A stretch of 64,000 nucleotides of DNA from an uncultured Gemmatimonadales bacterium (GTDB taxonomy: Bacteria > Gemmatimonadota > Gemmatimonadetes > Longimicrobiales > RSA9), in NCBI GenBank assembly GCA_963708135.1, contig OY970192.1, forward strand, positions 1,792,001 through 1,856,000. Direction: 5' to 3'. Shown piece by piece: positions 1 to 10,065 of this stretch (the first letter of the stretch is position 1; each line of letters starts with the position of its first letter). The notes under the pieces are model-generated. The model searched no databases. It was given only the letters and a program-made list of their open reading frames with translations, and had not been told where the DNA came from. A program made the position numbers and the translations under genes.

Positions 1-1
1 G

Positions 2-544
2 CTGACCGAGGCGCTCATCGACGCACGCCGGTTCCCGCAGGCGACGTCCGAAGCACATCGCGTCCTGGCCATCGACTCATTGTTTCCGCTGGCGCTCTAC
101 AGCCTCGGGCTCGCCCAGGTGTACGCAGGCCAGCCGGACAGCGCCGTGCGCACGCTGCAGCAAGCCGTACGGCTCGCGCCCACGATCGTTCCGCTGCAGG
201 GCAGACTGCTCTTCGCGTACGCCGCGGCCGGGCGGTGGGACGACGTGGAACGGATGCGGGTACGGCTGCGACGCCCCGGCGGGGACCGTTCCGGCGGCGT
301 CCTCCCCGCCTTCGCCGACCTCGTGCTCGGGGAACCCGCGCCGCTCCTGCGCCTGGTCTCGACGCCCGCCGGCATGGATCGTTGGTCCGCCACCCTGCGG
401 ATGACGTTCGCTGCCCCCGGCTGCAACCCGCTCGCCGACCCGCTGTGGGCCGACGAGGGGTACCGGGCGGCCATGCGCCGCCTCGGTGTGGGGCCGTGTC
501 CGCAGACCGGGCCGTGGCCGCTGCCCCCGCGGCCGGGAAGCTGA
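2..544 (+). CDS. C-terminal part of a TPR-containing protein (probably Ser/Thr kinase-TPR type); starts before the window
   Basis: Frame open from position 2. TPR-like helices and a C-terminal 'GCNPLADPLW...RRLGVGPC..PWP' motif like the end of the kinase at 1194-3662. Confidence 0.7.
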   Translation: MTEALIDARRFPQATSEAHRVLAIDSLFPLALYSLGLAQVYAGQPDSAVRTLQQAVRLAPTIVPLQGRLLFAYAAAGRWDDVERMRVRLRRPGGDRSGGVLPAFADLVLGEPAPLLRLVSTPAGMDRWSATLRMTFAAPGCNPLADPLWADEGYRAAMRRLGVGPCPQTGPWPLPPRPGS

Positions 545-547
545 GAC

Positions 548-601
548 TTCGCCCGCGTCCGCTGCGACGACTGCGCCGCCGAGCGCCTGGTGGCCTTCTC
601 C
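548..601 (+). pseudogene. 54-bp fragment of an ISCR transposase gene (FARVRCDDCAAERLVAFS)
   Basis: Matches about 23246-23300 except for synonymous changes (tgc/tgt, ctg/ctc, gtg/gtc). Confidence 0.85.
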
Positions 602-621
602 CCGGGACCTCCCATCCATCC

Positions 622-662
622 CGAGGCTGAAGCCGCCGGTGCCCTGCCACGTGAGCATGTCG
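622..662 (-). pseudogene. 41-bp inverted fragment of an ISCR transposase gene (DMLTWQGTGGFSL)
   Basis: Reverse complement matches about 23774-23814 with one synonymous mismatch. Confidence 0.85.
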
Positions 663-970
663 CTGACACTGGCGGCCCTCGTGGCACTCGTGGGGTGTGG
701 CGGGTCGGCGAGCGACACGAACGCCGGAACCCAGGACGCGGCGGCTCCCGCCGCGACTGCGGCCGTGGCGGCCGTGGACGCGTGCTCCTTGCGGATCCCG
801 CACATGGCATCACCGCCGCCGTGGCAATGCTCGCTGTCCGGGTCGGCAAGCGCCAGCTAGGGCTTTCTCCGGTCGCCCTGCACATCGCGGGACCCGATGC
901 ACCGGCCTTCACGGGCCTCCGGAAGCTTGCGGCCGAGGCGGTCGGCCGGCTTCGGGCCGCCGGCGGCTAG

Positions 971-1130
971 TGGACCGTATCTGAAGTTCGGTGAGCACCG
1001 AGCCGGCGGAGCGGGCGCGAAGCGCAAGGCGCGAGGAGGAAGGAATAGCAGCGCTATTTCGACGACGAGCAACGCGGCGGGTCGCGTCCGATCCGCCGGC
1101 GAATGCCATCGCTACTTCGGATACGGTCCA
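971..1130. mobile_element. 160-bp MITE / internally deleted IS
   Basis: 17-bp terminal inverted repeats tggaccgtatc(t/c)gaagt (16/17 match), flanked by CTAG at 967-970 and 1131-1134; no transposase inside. Confidence 0.75.
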
Positions 1131-1146
1131 CTAGTTTCGCAACTAC

Positions 1147-1210
1147 GGTGACGTGATCCGTGCCAAGCTCGTGCTGCTCGCTGCCGACGGTCTTCAGAAC
1201 AAGGAGATCG
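1147..1210 (+). pseudogene. Fragment of an IS630-family transposase N-terminal HTH
   Basis: Translates YGDVIRAKLVLLAADGLQNKEI, resembling the IS630 'RAKIVLLAAEG.SN..IA' motif. Confidence 0.55.
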
Positions 1211-3662
1211 AGGCGGAGCCGCCGGGCGCGCTGCTGAATGGCGGAAAGTCGATAGAGACCTTGGAGGCGTTCACGATCGGCCATGGTAAGGTCGGAGCAC
1301 AGGCCCTGGCACCGATCCGCGCCATCAGGGCGCCGAATCGCGGATCTGCCTTGAGCGGATCGAACAACGGATCGCACGGAAGACTCTTGAGCCACAGCAA
1401 GGGCTCGCGCGCCTCGAGCGAGCGCTCGAGTGAGGTCATCGCCTTGTCGTATTCGCCAAATGCGATTGCGCTGATGGCGAGCTCGTAGTTCAGCGACGTC
1501 CGACCACGGCTCTGCTCCAATAGCACGCGCTCGCGGGCGGCGTCACGCCAGCGACCCTCGAGCGCATAGCCGAATACGAGATTGCTCCGACCGCCAAAGG
1601 TCAGCGAATCCAGCGCGTACGACGCCCGAAAATGCGCCAACGCGCTGTCGGCCTGACCGGCGAATCCGAACGTGTACCCGAGCTCGCGCTGCAAGAGGGC
1701 CTCATTCGGATCGAGCGACAGGGCACGCTTCATCCCGGCAATGCCCTCGTCGAGCCGCCCCGACAGTGCCAGATGGCTTGCGTAGATGCCCGACGCGCCC
1801 AGCGACAAGGGGTCGAGCTCGTACGCATGCTGACTGGCGGCCAGGGCTTCTGGCACCCGACCGACGGAGGCGAGCGCCAGCGCGTAGGCGAGCAACAGAT
1901 CGACATGATTCGGATTGAGCTCGACTGCGCGCTCGAGCGGAACGAGCGACTCTCCAAAGCGCATCTCGGCTCCGAGCGCATTCGACAGCGCGATGTAGGC
2001 TTCGGCAAGCGTCGTATCCACGGCGAGGGCAGCATCGGCGTTCTTGCGGACTTCGGCGACGATCGAATCGAGAGGGCCAATGCCCATCAGAGGCAGGGCC
2101 GCCTGCGCGACCGCGAGGTATGCGCGCGCCCGCGCGAAGCGTGGATCGTGCTCGAGCGCCTGACGAAAGAGCTGCTCCGCACCAATGAATTCCAGGCGAT
2201 CGAACGCATAGCGCCCGCGCAGCAGGAGGTCGTACGCCGAGTCGTCGGCGGTACCTCGAGCTCCGGCGGAGGCGACCTCGTTTCCGCCGAGCCTTGCCGG
2301 TGCCAGGCGCAGCTTCCCGGTGATGGCGCGGGTAATCGAATCCTGCATTCCGATCAGCGCGTCCGGCCGCCCGTCGAATGTCGCGCTCCAGAGCGCGACG
2401 TCGTCGGCGGTGCGCACGAGCTCCGCCGTGATGTGGAGACCGTTCATGGAGCCGCTCACGGTTCCCTGGACCACCGCGGCCACGCCGAGTGCCGAGGCGA
2501 CCTCGCGCGCATTCTTGCCTTTCACCTGCTGTGATGAGCTTCGCGCCCGGACGGTAAGCTCCGAAAGCGCGTTCAGCGCATCGCGCACGTGATCCGTGAC
2601 TCCATTCTGCAGGTAGTCCAGCGCCGTATCGCCGCTCGTGTTCTCGAACGGCAGGACGGCAATGGAGCGGATCGCACCCTCTTCTCCGCCAGCGAGCTCT
2701 CGCCAGAGAATGGCAAGCGCGACGAGCGCGGCCATGCCCACGACAATGGAGATCCGGAGACGCGAGGAAGTCGAGACCTGGGTGCGGATGTGCGGCCGAC
2801 CTGGCGGCAGGGTCTCGAGCGGCGTGTCCACCATCTCGAGCTCCCGTGCGACATCAGCGGCCGTTTGTGGCCGCTCTCCAGGCTGCTTTGCGAGGCAGCG
2901 CATCACGAGGCCCGCGAGTCGCCGTGGCGTTGCCGGTCTGAGAGACGCGATGTCGGCTGGATCCTCGATCGCATGCGCAACCAGCACCGCCTGCATGTTT
3001 CGCCCGGCGAACGGTGCCCGGCCGGCGAGCATCTCGTACGCCATGGCGCCAAACGCGTACAGGTCCACGCGGTGGTCGGCTGTCGGATCGCCCGCGGCCT
3101 GTTCTGGCGCCATGTACGCCGGAGTGCCGAGCGCGGTACCGACGGCGGTCATCGTGTCGTCGGCGAGCACGGCGCCGCTGATCGCTTTCGCGACACCGAA
3201 GTCGGTCACTACGGCCGAGTGGCCGGCCAGGAGCACGTTGTCCGGCTTTATGTCTCGATGGGTGATGCCCTTGCCGTGCGCGTACTCGAGTGCGCGCGCG
3301 ACGTCGCGCAGGATCGAGATCGTCTGCGGTATCGCAAGCTCCCCCTGCGATAATCGCTCGCGCAGCGACTCGCCCTCGACGTATGGCATCGTGTAATACG
3401 GGAGGCCGTCCATCTCTCCGGCGGAGATCAGCGAGACGACGTGCGGGTGCTGGAGTGTTGCGGCCAGGGAGATCTCGCGGCGGAAGCGTGCGGCCGAGCC
3501 ATCGCCCACGAGCCCGGCCGGGAGGACCTTCACCACGACCCGCCGTCCCAGCGCGACCTCCATCGCGAGATATACCCGCGACATACCTCCCCCGCCGAGC
3601 TCGCGCTCAATGGCGTAGGCATTTCCAAGCACCTCCTGGAGCCGGTCCCGGAAGTCGGGCAA
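1194..3662 (-). CDS. Ser/Thr protein kinase with TolB-N-like (IAVLPF) and TPR domains
   Basis: GGGGMSRV, HRDIKPDN, DFG, GTPAYMAPE, SIAVLPFEN and TPR repeats. TTG start at 3662 is inferred. Confidence 0.9.
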   Translation of the reverse strand: MPDFRDRLQEVLGNAYAIERELGGGGMSRVYLAMEVALGRRVVVKVLPAGLVGDGSAARFRREISLAATLQHPHVVSLISAGEMDGLPYYTMPYVEGESLRERLSQGELAIPQTISILRDVARALEYAHGKGITHRDIKPDNVLLAGHSAVVTDFGVAKAISGAVLADDTMTAVGTALGTPAYMAPEQAAGDPTADHRVDLYAFGAMAYEMLAGRAPFAGRNMQAVLVAHAIEDPADIASLRPATPRRLAGLVMRCLAKQPGERPQTAADVARELEMVDTPLETLPPGRPHIRTQVSTSSRLRISIVVGMAALVALAILWRELAGGEEGAIRSIAVLPFENTSGDTALDYLQNGVTDHVRDALNALSELTVRARSSSQQVKGKNAREVASALGVAAVVQGTVSGSMNGLHITAELVRTADDVALWSATFDGRPDALIGMQDSITRAITGKLRLAPARLGGNEVASAGARGTADDSAYDLLLRGRYAFDRLEFIGAEQLFRQALEHDPRFARARAYLAVAQAALPLMGIGPLDSIVAEVRKNADAALAVDTTLAEAYIALSNALGAEMRFGESLVPLERAVELNPNHVDLLLAYALALASVGRVPEALAASQHAYELDPLSLGASGIYASHLALSGRLDEGIAGMKRALSLDPNEALLQRELGYTFGFAGQADSALAHFRASYALDSLTFGGRSNLVFGYALEGRWRDAARERVLLEQSRGRTSLNYELAISAIAFGEYDKAMTSLERSLEAREPLLWLKSLPCDPLFDPLKADPRFGALMARIGARACAPTLPWPIVNASKVSIDFPPFSSAPGGSASISLF

Positions 3663-3922
3663 AAGGGTGATCCGCGAAGGACGGGGAGTCAGAGCGCCGG
3701 CGTGTTTGCGCCACACGGCCGCCGCATAAAGTTAGCGGAACCGCCCGGCAAGAGGAATGAGGCCCCCGGTCCAAGTGCCAGCTACCGCCTGTCCGTCCGT
3801 CCTCCGCTCCCCGGCCCGGCCCACACGGTGACAATCGAACCTTTGGACGGGTCGCCGTCCGATTCTGAAGCCGCGGTCGAGACGCTGCCCTGGCCGGCTC
3901 GGCCAGGTCGCGCGCCGCCGGA

Positions 3923-5570
3923 TCAGGACAGGCGCCGCAGCGCCGCCCTGGCCTCGTCCACGAAGTGGCGCAGGGGGGGGTCCGGCACGTCCATCCGGCG
4001 AAGGAACTGTTCGTAATGGAAGCGGGCCAGGTGCTTCGCGTAGGTGCGAAGCCGGGGGTCATCGTCTTCCTTTCCCTGCCAGCCCAGCGCCTGGTTGTAT
4101 CGCCAACCGGCGACCCAGAAGGTCGTGTCGGCGGTCGCGGCGAGGTGGAAGGCGTCCTCAGCCTGGGCCCAATGACCCGCTGCCGCCTGGCGCTCCCCTT
4201 CGAGGAAGTCGCGCAGCGCCGCGACCTGGTGCGTCGTGACGTCGCGCAGGAAGACGGAGGGCGGGGGGCCTTTGCTCCAGATCTGCCGGAGAAGTGCAAG
4301 GGTGATCGAGTCGGATAGTGCAAATAGGCTGTCGGCCGGCGCCCGGACCACGATCACCGGCCCCAGCGGTACGTGCGTGTCCGTGTTGTAGATCCCGAGA
4401 TCGAGCCGGACGCCCGCTCGCGCGCGCACCAGGGTGCCCTGCACGAAGCTCCCGGCCCCGAACCGGCGGCCGATCGCCGAGGCCTGGTCGGGGCTCAGGC
4501 TCCGAGCGGACCCGACCGCGGTGAGGATCCGGTAGCGATCCACGGCGCGGACGGGCCCCACGCCATCGAGCGTGCGGCTCACCGTCATCATCAGGTCGCC
4601 GCCCAACCTCGCCAGGGCCGAATCCGGGGCGCTCGGCACGAAGGGCAGCACGGCGATCATGGAGGCAGCCGGCGCGACCCCCGGCCGCCGGGCCCGCGCC
4701 ACCAGGAGCGTGCCGACCGCCATCAGCACCGCGGCCGCCACGACGACCATCGCCGTGCGGAGCGACCTGAACGGGATGTCCAGCGTGCGCCCCGGCGGCC
4801 GGGGCACAGGACGGGTCGTCGTGAGCGCCTCCACGAACTCGGACGCGCTGGAGAACCGGTCCGCGGGGACCTTCGCCAGTGCCCGCTCGATCGCCAGCTG
4901 CATCGGCGCCGGCACGGTTTCGCGCACGGTGCGCAGCGGGGGAACGGGGGCCGCCAACCGCCGCGCCAGGATCGCGTGGGGGGTCGGGCCCGTGTACGGC
5001 GGCTCGCCAGCCAGCATCTCGTACAGCACGCATCCGAGGCTGTAGACGTCCGAACGCCCGTCGAGCCGGTCCTCGCCCAGGGCCTGCTCCGGGCTCATGT
5101 ACAACGGCGTACCCACCGCGAGCCCGGTTTCCGTCAGCTTGTCGCTGCCCGCCGCCGAAACCGCCAGCGCGATCCCGAAGTCCGCCACGACGGCGTGTCC
5201 TCTCTCCAGCAGAATGTTCTCCGGCTTGATGTCGCGGTGAACGACTCCACGGTCGTGGGCATAGGTCAGCGCATCGGCCACGGCCCGCGTGATCTGGAGC
5301 GCGTCCTCGATCGGAAGCTGCTTCTCCCGGGCCAGGCGGTCCCGCAGGGACTCGCCCTCCACGTAGGGCATGACGTAGAACAAGAAGGATTGTCCACCCC
5401 CCGGGACGGTAGTCTCGCCGCTGTCGTAGAGCGGAAGAATATGCGGGTGCCGCAGGTTGGCGGTTGTCGTGATCTCGCGCAGGAACCGCTCGTGGCCCAC
5501 CGCCGCGGCCAGCTCCGGCCGCAGGACCTTGAGGGCGACCTTGCGTCGGTGCTTGAGATCCTCGGCGGAT
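3923..5570 (-). pseudogene. Ser/Thr protein kinase, 5'-truncated and probably internally deleted
   Basis: HRDIKPEN, DFG, GTPLYMSPE and IAVLPF present. The frame begins at AEDLKHRRKVALK without the Gly-rich loop, and the TPR region is cut short near 4025. Confidence 0.8.
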
Positions 5571-5719
5571 AGTTGTGCCGACGCCGGGCGGCCCCTCCGT
5601 CAATTTCCCGACGGACTTCAACGCGGGATTCCACTCCCGCTCGCGCGGAGGTCCGTCATGTAGTCGAAGACGACATCGGCGGGCGCGGCGATCGTGACGG
5701 CGTTGCGGACGACTCCCAT
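5571..5719 (-). pseudogene. SRPBCC/polyketide-cyclase family N-terminal fragment, frameshifted and fused to the kinase remnant
   Basis: MGVVRNAVTIAAPADVVFDYMTDLR followed, in another frame, by EWNPALKSVGKLTEGPPGVGTT. Confidence 0.65.
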
Positions 5720-6399
5720 GGATCCTCCCTCCTCTGCTCCGCAAGCGGCTCAACGCTCCTGAAATGAATGGCCAGGAGCAGGAGACTGCCCGGAACCGTG
5801 ATGCCCCACGGCAGACCGAACAGCAGCTGACCCACCGAGTAGCCGGGATGGAAATACGCGATGCAGAACAGCGGAATGATCAGCCCGTTCGCGATGAACA
5901 GGCGCCGCACCCACAGCTGCAGTCCCTCCTTCTGGAAGAGCGGAGCCGCGAACAGCGTGGACAGGCTCAGGAAGATGTAGCCCAGCGCATCCACGTCCCA
6001 GAAGAGGGAATGGGGCGTCTGATTGAGCACGGCGAGGGGGCCGGCCGTGCCCGCCGGATCCTCGAACGTCCAGGAATATCCAGCCGGGATGACGGTCGCC
6101 AGCTGCACCACGTAGTTCAGCGTGTTGTACGTCGTGTAGATGACAGCGAACGCCACGGCCGCACTGCCCCAGAACCTGTCCTCATCCCTGGCGGTGGCAT
6201 CGAGAACGAGCATCGCCAGCAGGAAGGGTACCGGCATCATGAGGGATGTGACGAAGGCGATGACCGCGTCCGTTGCCGGGCTCACCATGTCGAAGATCTG
6301 GAGGAACGCGCTGAGTACGTAGCCGAACGCCCCGACCAGCGCCGTCGTTGCCGCCCAGAAGCCGATCCTGTTGAGCGTCTTCTTCGTCTGCGGCGTCAT
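5656..6399 (-). CDS. Hypothetical integral membrane protein
   Basis: About six hydrophobic segments; RBS-like ggagg upstream; start overlaps the stop of the upstream gene. Confidence 0.75.
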   Translation of the reverse strand: MTPQTKKTLNRIGFWAATTALVGAFGYVLSAFLQIFDMVSPATDAVIAFVTSLMMPVPFLLAMLVLDATARDEDRFWGSAAVAFAVIYTTYNTLNYVVQLATVIPAGYSWTFEDPAGTAGPLAVLNQTPHSLFWDVDALGYIFLSLSTLFAAPLFQKEGLQLWVRRLFIANGLIIPLFCIAYFHPGYSVGQLLFGLPWGITVPGSLLLLAIHFRSVEPLAEQRREDPWESSATPSRSPRPPMSSSTT

Positions 6400-7004
6400 G
6401 CGTCCTCCTGTGCGGAAGCGATCCCATCGACATCGGTCATGAGCTCGCGAAGCCGGCGCACATAGCGGCCCACCGGCGCGCCGTCGGTCACCGCGTGATC
6501 GAAGACCACCGTCAGAGCCAGCACTTCACGGTCGCCCTCTGGGGCGCGCCGTCGTGCAATGCCCCCGACGCCAATGGCGAGGGGGTGAAGCCCCGAGGGG
6601 ATGCCCCAGGCGAGAACGCCGGGGCTGGCCATTCCGGTGGCGGTCACGACCACGGTCCCCATGGACTTCTTGATCCACATGGAGTGCACGCGCGGATACT
6701 CCGCCGCCGCGCGAGCGACGCAGCTCACGACCCAGGCCGTGAACCCGAGACCCCGGCCGGTTCGGCGTCTGAACGCCCGGATCCGATCGCGCACGTCCGT
6801 GACATCCATCTCGAGGAGGATCGGGATCTGCGCCCGCTTCTTCGCGAGTCGAAGCCAGTCCAGGGTCGCGTTTCGCTCGGGTCGGAACGGCACGACCCGG
6901 TATGGACCCACGCCGTCCTGGGCCGGGGCGGAGCTCGGACCGGCTCCGGTTGGAGCGCGGGTCGCGGGCGCGGTCTTCACCGAGCCCGACGCAGACGAGG
7001 GCAT
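6396..7004 (-). pseudogene. 2-oxoacid dehydrogenase acyltransferase (E2 catalytic-domain-like) protein with a probable internal deletion
   Basis: EMDVT, FTAWVVSCVARA and FDHAVTDGAP motifs; the central region appears missing at RVHSM|WIKKSMGTV. Confidence 0.7.
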
Positions 7005-7124
7005 TGCCGCCTCCGGCCAGGGGGGACCTGGGAACCAATATGGCTCCCCCGTGTGCCCGTGGGAATCTCCCCAAGGACCCCGCCGGGTCTCCTCTCGGAC
7101 CAGGCGACCTGTACAAGGACTGTC

Positions 7125-7681
7125 CACGCCTCGAGCGCTGGCGGGAGCGCGACATCAACTACTTCATGACCGCGCGGCTCACGCCTCAGCAACTCCATTA
7201 CCTGGTCGTAGATTGGGGCTGGGCGATGGGGAAGTGCCGCGACCCGCGCCTCGAGCGCTGGTTCCTGACGCAGCTCGACGTCGCGACCGAGCGTACGCAA
7301 GGCCTGTCTCATCAGGCGGATCGATTGACGTCCTTCTGGGATGGGCTGCCGCGCGGATTCGCCGGGGCCAGGGCGGAGATTCTGCTGCGCCAGAACCCGG
7401 ACGCGTTGCTGCGGCTCGCCGGCGCGCTGCAGGCGCCGGGGCTGCCGCGGCTGTTCTCGCTGAGCGACTACCTCGAGTGGGCGATGCAGCCGCGGCGCGA
7501 GCTCGGCGTCGCCGCCTCGCCGGTGGTCGAGCGCGAGCTCGCCGAGCTGTTCGCCTGGCGCGAATTCACAGCGGATCATGAGGAGTTTCGCGGTGCGCCG
7601 CCCCACTTCTGGTGGGACACCCTGCGCTCCGCGCCCGGCCCGGGCGGAAGGGGTGGGGCACCGTCTCGCTGGGTCGGATGA
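7125..7681 (+). pseudogene. Fragment of a hypothetical protein
   Basis: Protein-like composition and high GC3; no clear start; ends abruptly. Confidence 0.4.
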
Positions 7682-8032
7682 AGCTGGACGGCGGCGGAGC
7701 GGTCTGCGAATCCACGGCCGTGTCGAGTTGCTCGCACGTCCGGTAAAGGTCCCCTGACGGCTGCCGCGTACAGTGCGCACGGCGCCCTGGCGCCGGATCC
7801 TACATGGGTCGCTCCCTGGTCGGACGTAGGTGCCGTCGTGGCTGCAAATGCACAACCGGCCGGCCAGAATCTTCGCAATTCTGACCGGGCGGCCGGCCTT
7901 GGGGCCGCGCACAGTCTGCTGGGAGGCCGAGTAGTCGGCGGGCTTCACGGCGTGAATTCACGCGCTTGCGGACTTCCCGCCGAATGGCGCGAGCGAACTC
8001 CCTTCCCGAGGCGTTCCTCGGTGGCGGCTGGA

Positions 8033-8272
8033 TCAGGATCCGCTGCCGGCCCGCTCCAGCCGCTCCGCGATCCACATCTTCACGAGCGACTGCCGCGGCA
8101 CGCCCAGCCGTGCGGCCTCACGGTCCAGCGAGCGCACCATCCACGCGGGAAAATCAACGTTCACCCGGCGCTGCTCGAGCCCGGGGCGGTGGGCACCCGA
8201 CACGTCCAGGTAACGCATGATGTCCTTCCCCTCGTCGAATTCGCGCTCGAACCTATCCGCCTTCACCTTCAT
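8033..8272 (-). CDS. brnA: BrnA/CopG-like antitoxin
   Basis: RRVNVDFPAWM...LDREAARLGV.RQSLVKMWIAERL; overlaps the upstream toxin gene. Confidence 0.85.
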   Translation of the reverse strand: MKVKADRFEREFDEGKDIMRYLDVSGAHRPGLEQRRVNVDFPAWMVRSLDREAARLGVPRQSLVKMWIAERLERAGSGS

Positions 8273-8522
8273 ACAGTTCCACCTCCTCTGGGCGGGAGCG
8301 GCGGACCGAGATGAGTCGGATCCGCTCTTCGCGGTACGTGATCACGGCCGACCAGTGCGTGCCGGCAATCCGTCCCACGACCAGCAGCCGCGGCTCATCG
8401 ATCGTCCGGGCGGGAATCTCGATCCGGTTCTCGTCCTCCCAGAGCGCCACGGCCGCGTCGAAATCGATCCCGTGCTTCTCCTCGTTCGCCGTGCTCTTCG
8501 CCGGGTCGAATTCGAATTCCAT
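8253..8522 (-). CDS. brnT: BrnT family toxin
   Basis: MEFEFDPAKS..N..KHGIDF and IRLISVRRSR motifs. Confidence 0.9.
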   Translation of the reverse strand: MEFEFDPAKSTANEEKHGIDFDAAVALWEDENRIEIPARTIDEPRLLVVGRIAGTHWSAVITYREERIRLISVRRSRPEEVELYEGEGG

Positions 8523-9013
8523 AGTATAGAATCTATACCGCTGCAACCCCCTGCGGAAGCGCCGAGCTCACCTCGTCACTCGAAACACCACCGCGCCGCC
8601 ACCGCACAGCTGCCCGGCTACCGCGCGGCCGCCATCATCGGGGCGGGAGCAGCCGTCGGTGTTCCGGACATGACCTGCTCGCCGCGATCGCGATCCACAG
8701 CGGCGTCGCGGCGTGGATCAGATTTCCGAGTGTGCCGGCCCGGATCCTCACGTGCCCGAGAGCCCTCCGCGCCACGCGGCGACGAGTCGATCGGGTCGCC
8801 GCGATGCGTGTCAAACGGAACGTCCCGCAGTCCCGGGACCTGGCGGTTCCATCCGCGTGGATCATCTCGATCCTGAACGGGCCTTCCCCAGCTCGCGGCG
8901 CTGGCGGCCGGCCGCGGCCGAGGCCTGCCAATCTCGGACGCGACTACGAAGACGTCCGCAACCGTGCCATGTGTGGAAGGCCTCCGGCAGCCGCCGCGGC
9001 AGCCATTTCGCGG

Positions 9014-9589
9014 CTACATGGGTCGGAACAGCTCCTCCGTTTCGAGCACGAGCGCCGAGGCCGCGCCCGCCGGCTCCCAGGAGAGCCGCCCCTGCACCCG
9101 CTCCGGGTCTTCCGCGCCTTCGGCGAAGCGCCACGCCCACACCGCCCGCTCCTCCGGATCCACCACCCAGTACTCGGGCACGCCGAAGTCCCGGTAGCGC
9201 CGGGGCTTCTTCACCCGGTCGATGGACCCCGACGAGGGCGAGAGGATCTCCACCACGAGCCCCGGCGCCTCGTGGACGCCGCGACTCGTGATGCCGTCCC
9301 GCGCCGCGTTGGGGACGAAGAGCAGGTCCGGCCGCAGGAACTGCCCCTCCACGAAGAGCAGGTCCACGTCGGGAAGCACGACGCCCAGATGCTCGCGCTC
9401 GACATACTGCGACAGGGCGATGACGAGCTTCGCGAGGATGAACTGGTGGCCGGTGGAGGGCGCCGGCGTCACCAGCACCTCTCCATCGATGACCTCGTAC
9501 CGGTTGCCGTCATCCGGGAGGCGGGCGTACTCGTCATACGTCCAGGTGTAGCGCGTCGGGGTCGGGGTCACGGTTCTCGCCTCGCTCAC
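9014..9589 (-). CDS. Uma2 family (PD-(D/E)XK) endonuclease
   Basis: YEVIDGEV, PDLLFV, LVVEILSPS and GVPEYWVVDP motifs. Confidence 0.9.
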   Translation of the reverse strand: MSEARTVTPTPTRYTWTYDEYARLPDDGNRYEVIDGEVLVTPAPSTGHQFILAKLVIALSQYVEREHLGVVLPDVDLLFVEGQFLRPDLLFVPNAARDGITSRGVHEAPGLVVEILSPSSGSIDRVKKPRRYRDFGVPEYWVVDPEERAVWAWRFAEGAEDPERVQGRLSWEPAGAASALVLETEELFRPM

Positions 9590-10065
9590 GGGTGGACAAT
9601 GCGGCGGCCGACGGGGCGGGTCCATGGCGGGATCGGCCTTTCACCACGATACACCGAACGCCGCCGGTTGGCGACGGCGGCCGCTCTCGACCTGCGCGCG
9701 CGATCGGCGCTGCTACGCCCGCATCATGAACCGCTTCTCCTCGCGGCGCCCGCCGGCACGCTGCGGCCTGCGACGTACGGCTCCTGCTACCCACCGTCGC
9801 GCATGGCGCCCCGGGCGTGGGCGAGGTCGCCCTCCTTCGACTCGATCCGCTGTCCGCTTCCGGGAAGGGGCATGCGCATCCGGACGGCGCGCGGGCACGG
9901 GGCGGATCGCTCGGACTTCCCAAGCCCTCGCGTAGCAACTGGTTAGGCCGCGCCGCCATGCACGGCACGTTCCTTTCCTGCCGGAGAGGCCGCCACGGCC
10001 CGTGCCTGGGGCTGAATCCTCGCCGCGCGATGAGATGTCCAGCCTGAATCCGGGATCTGGAGAGG

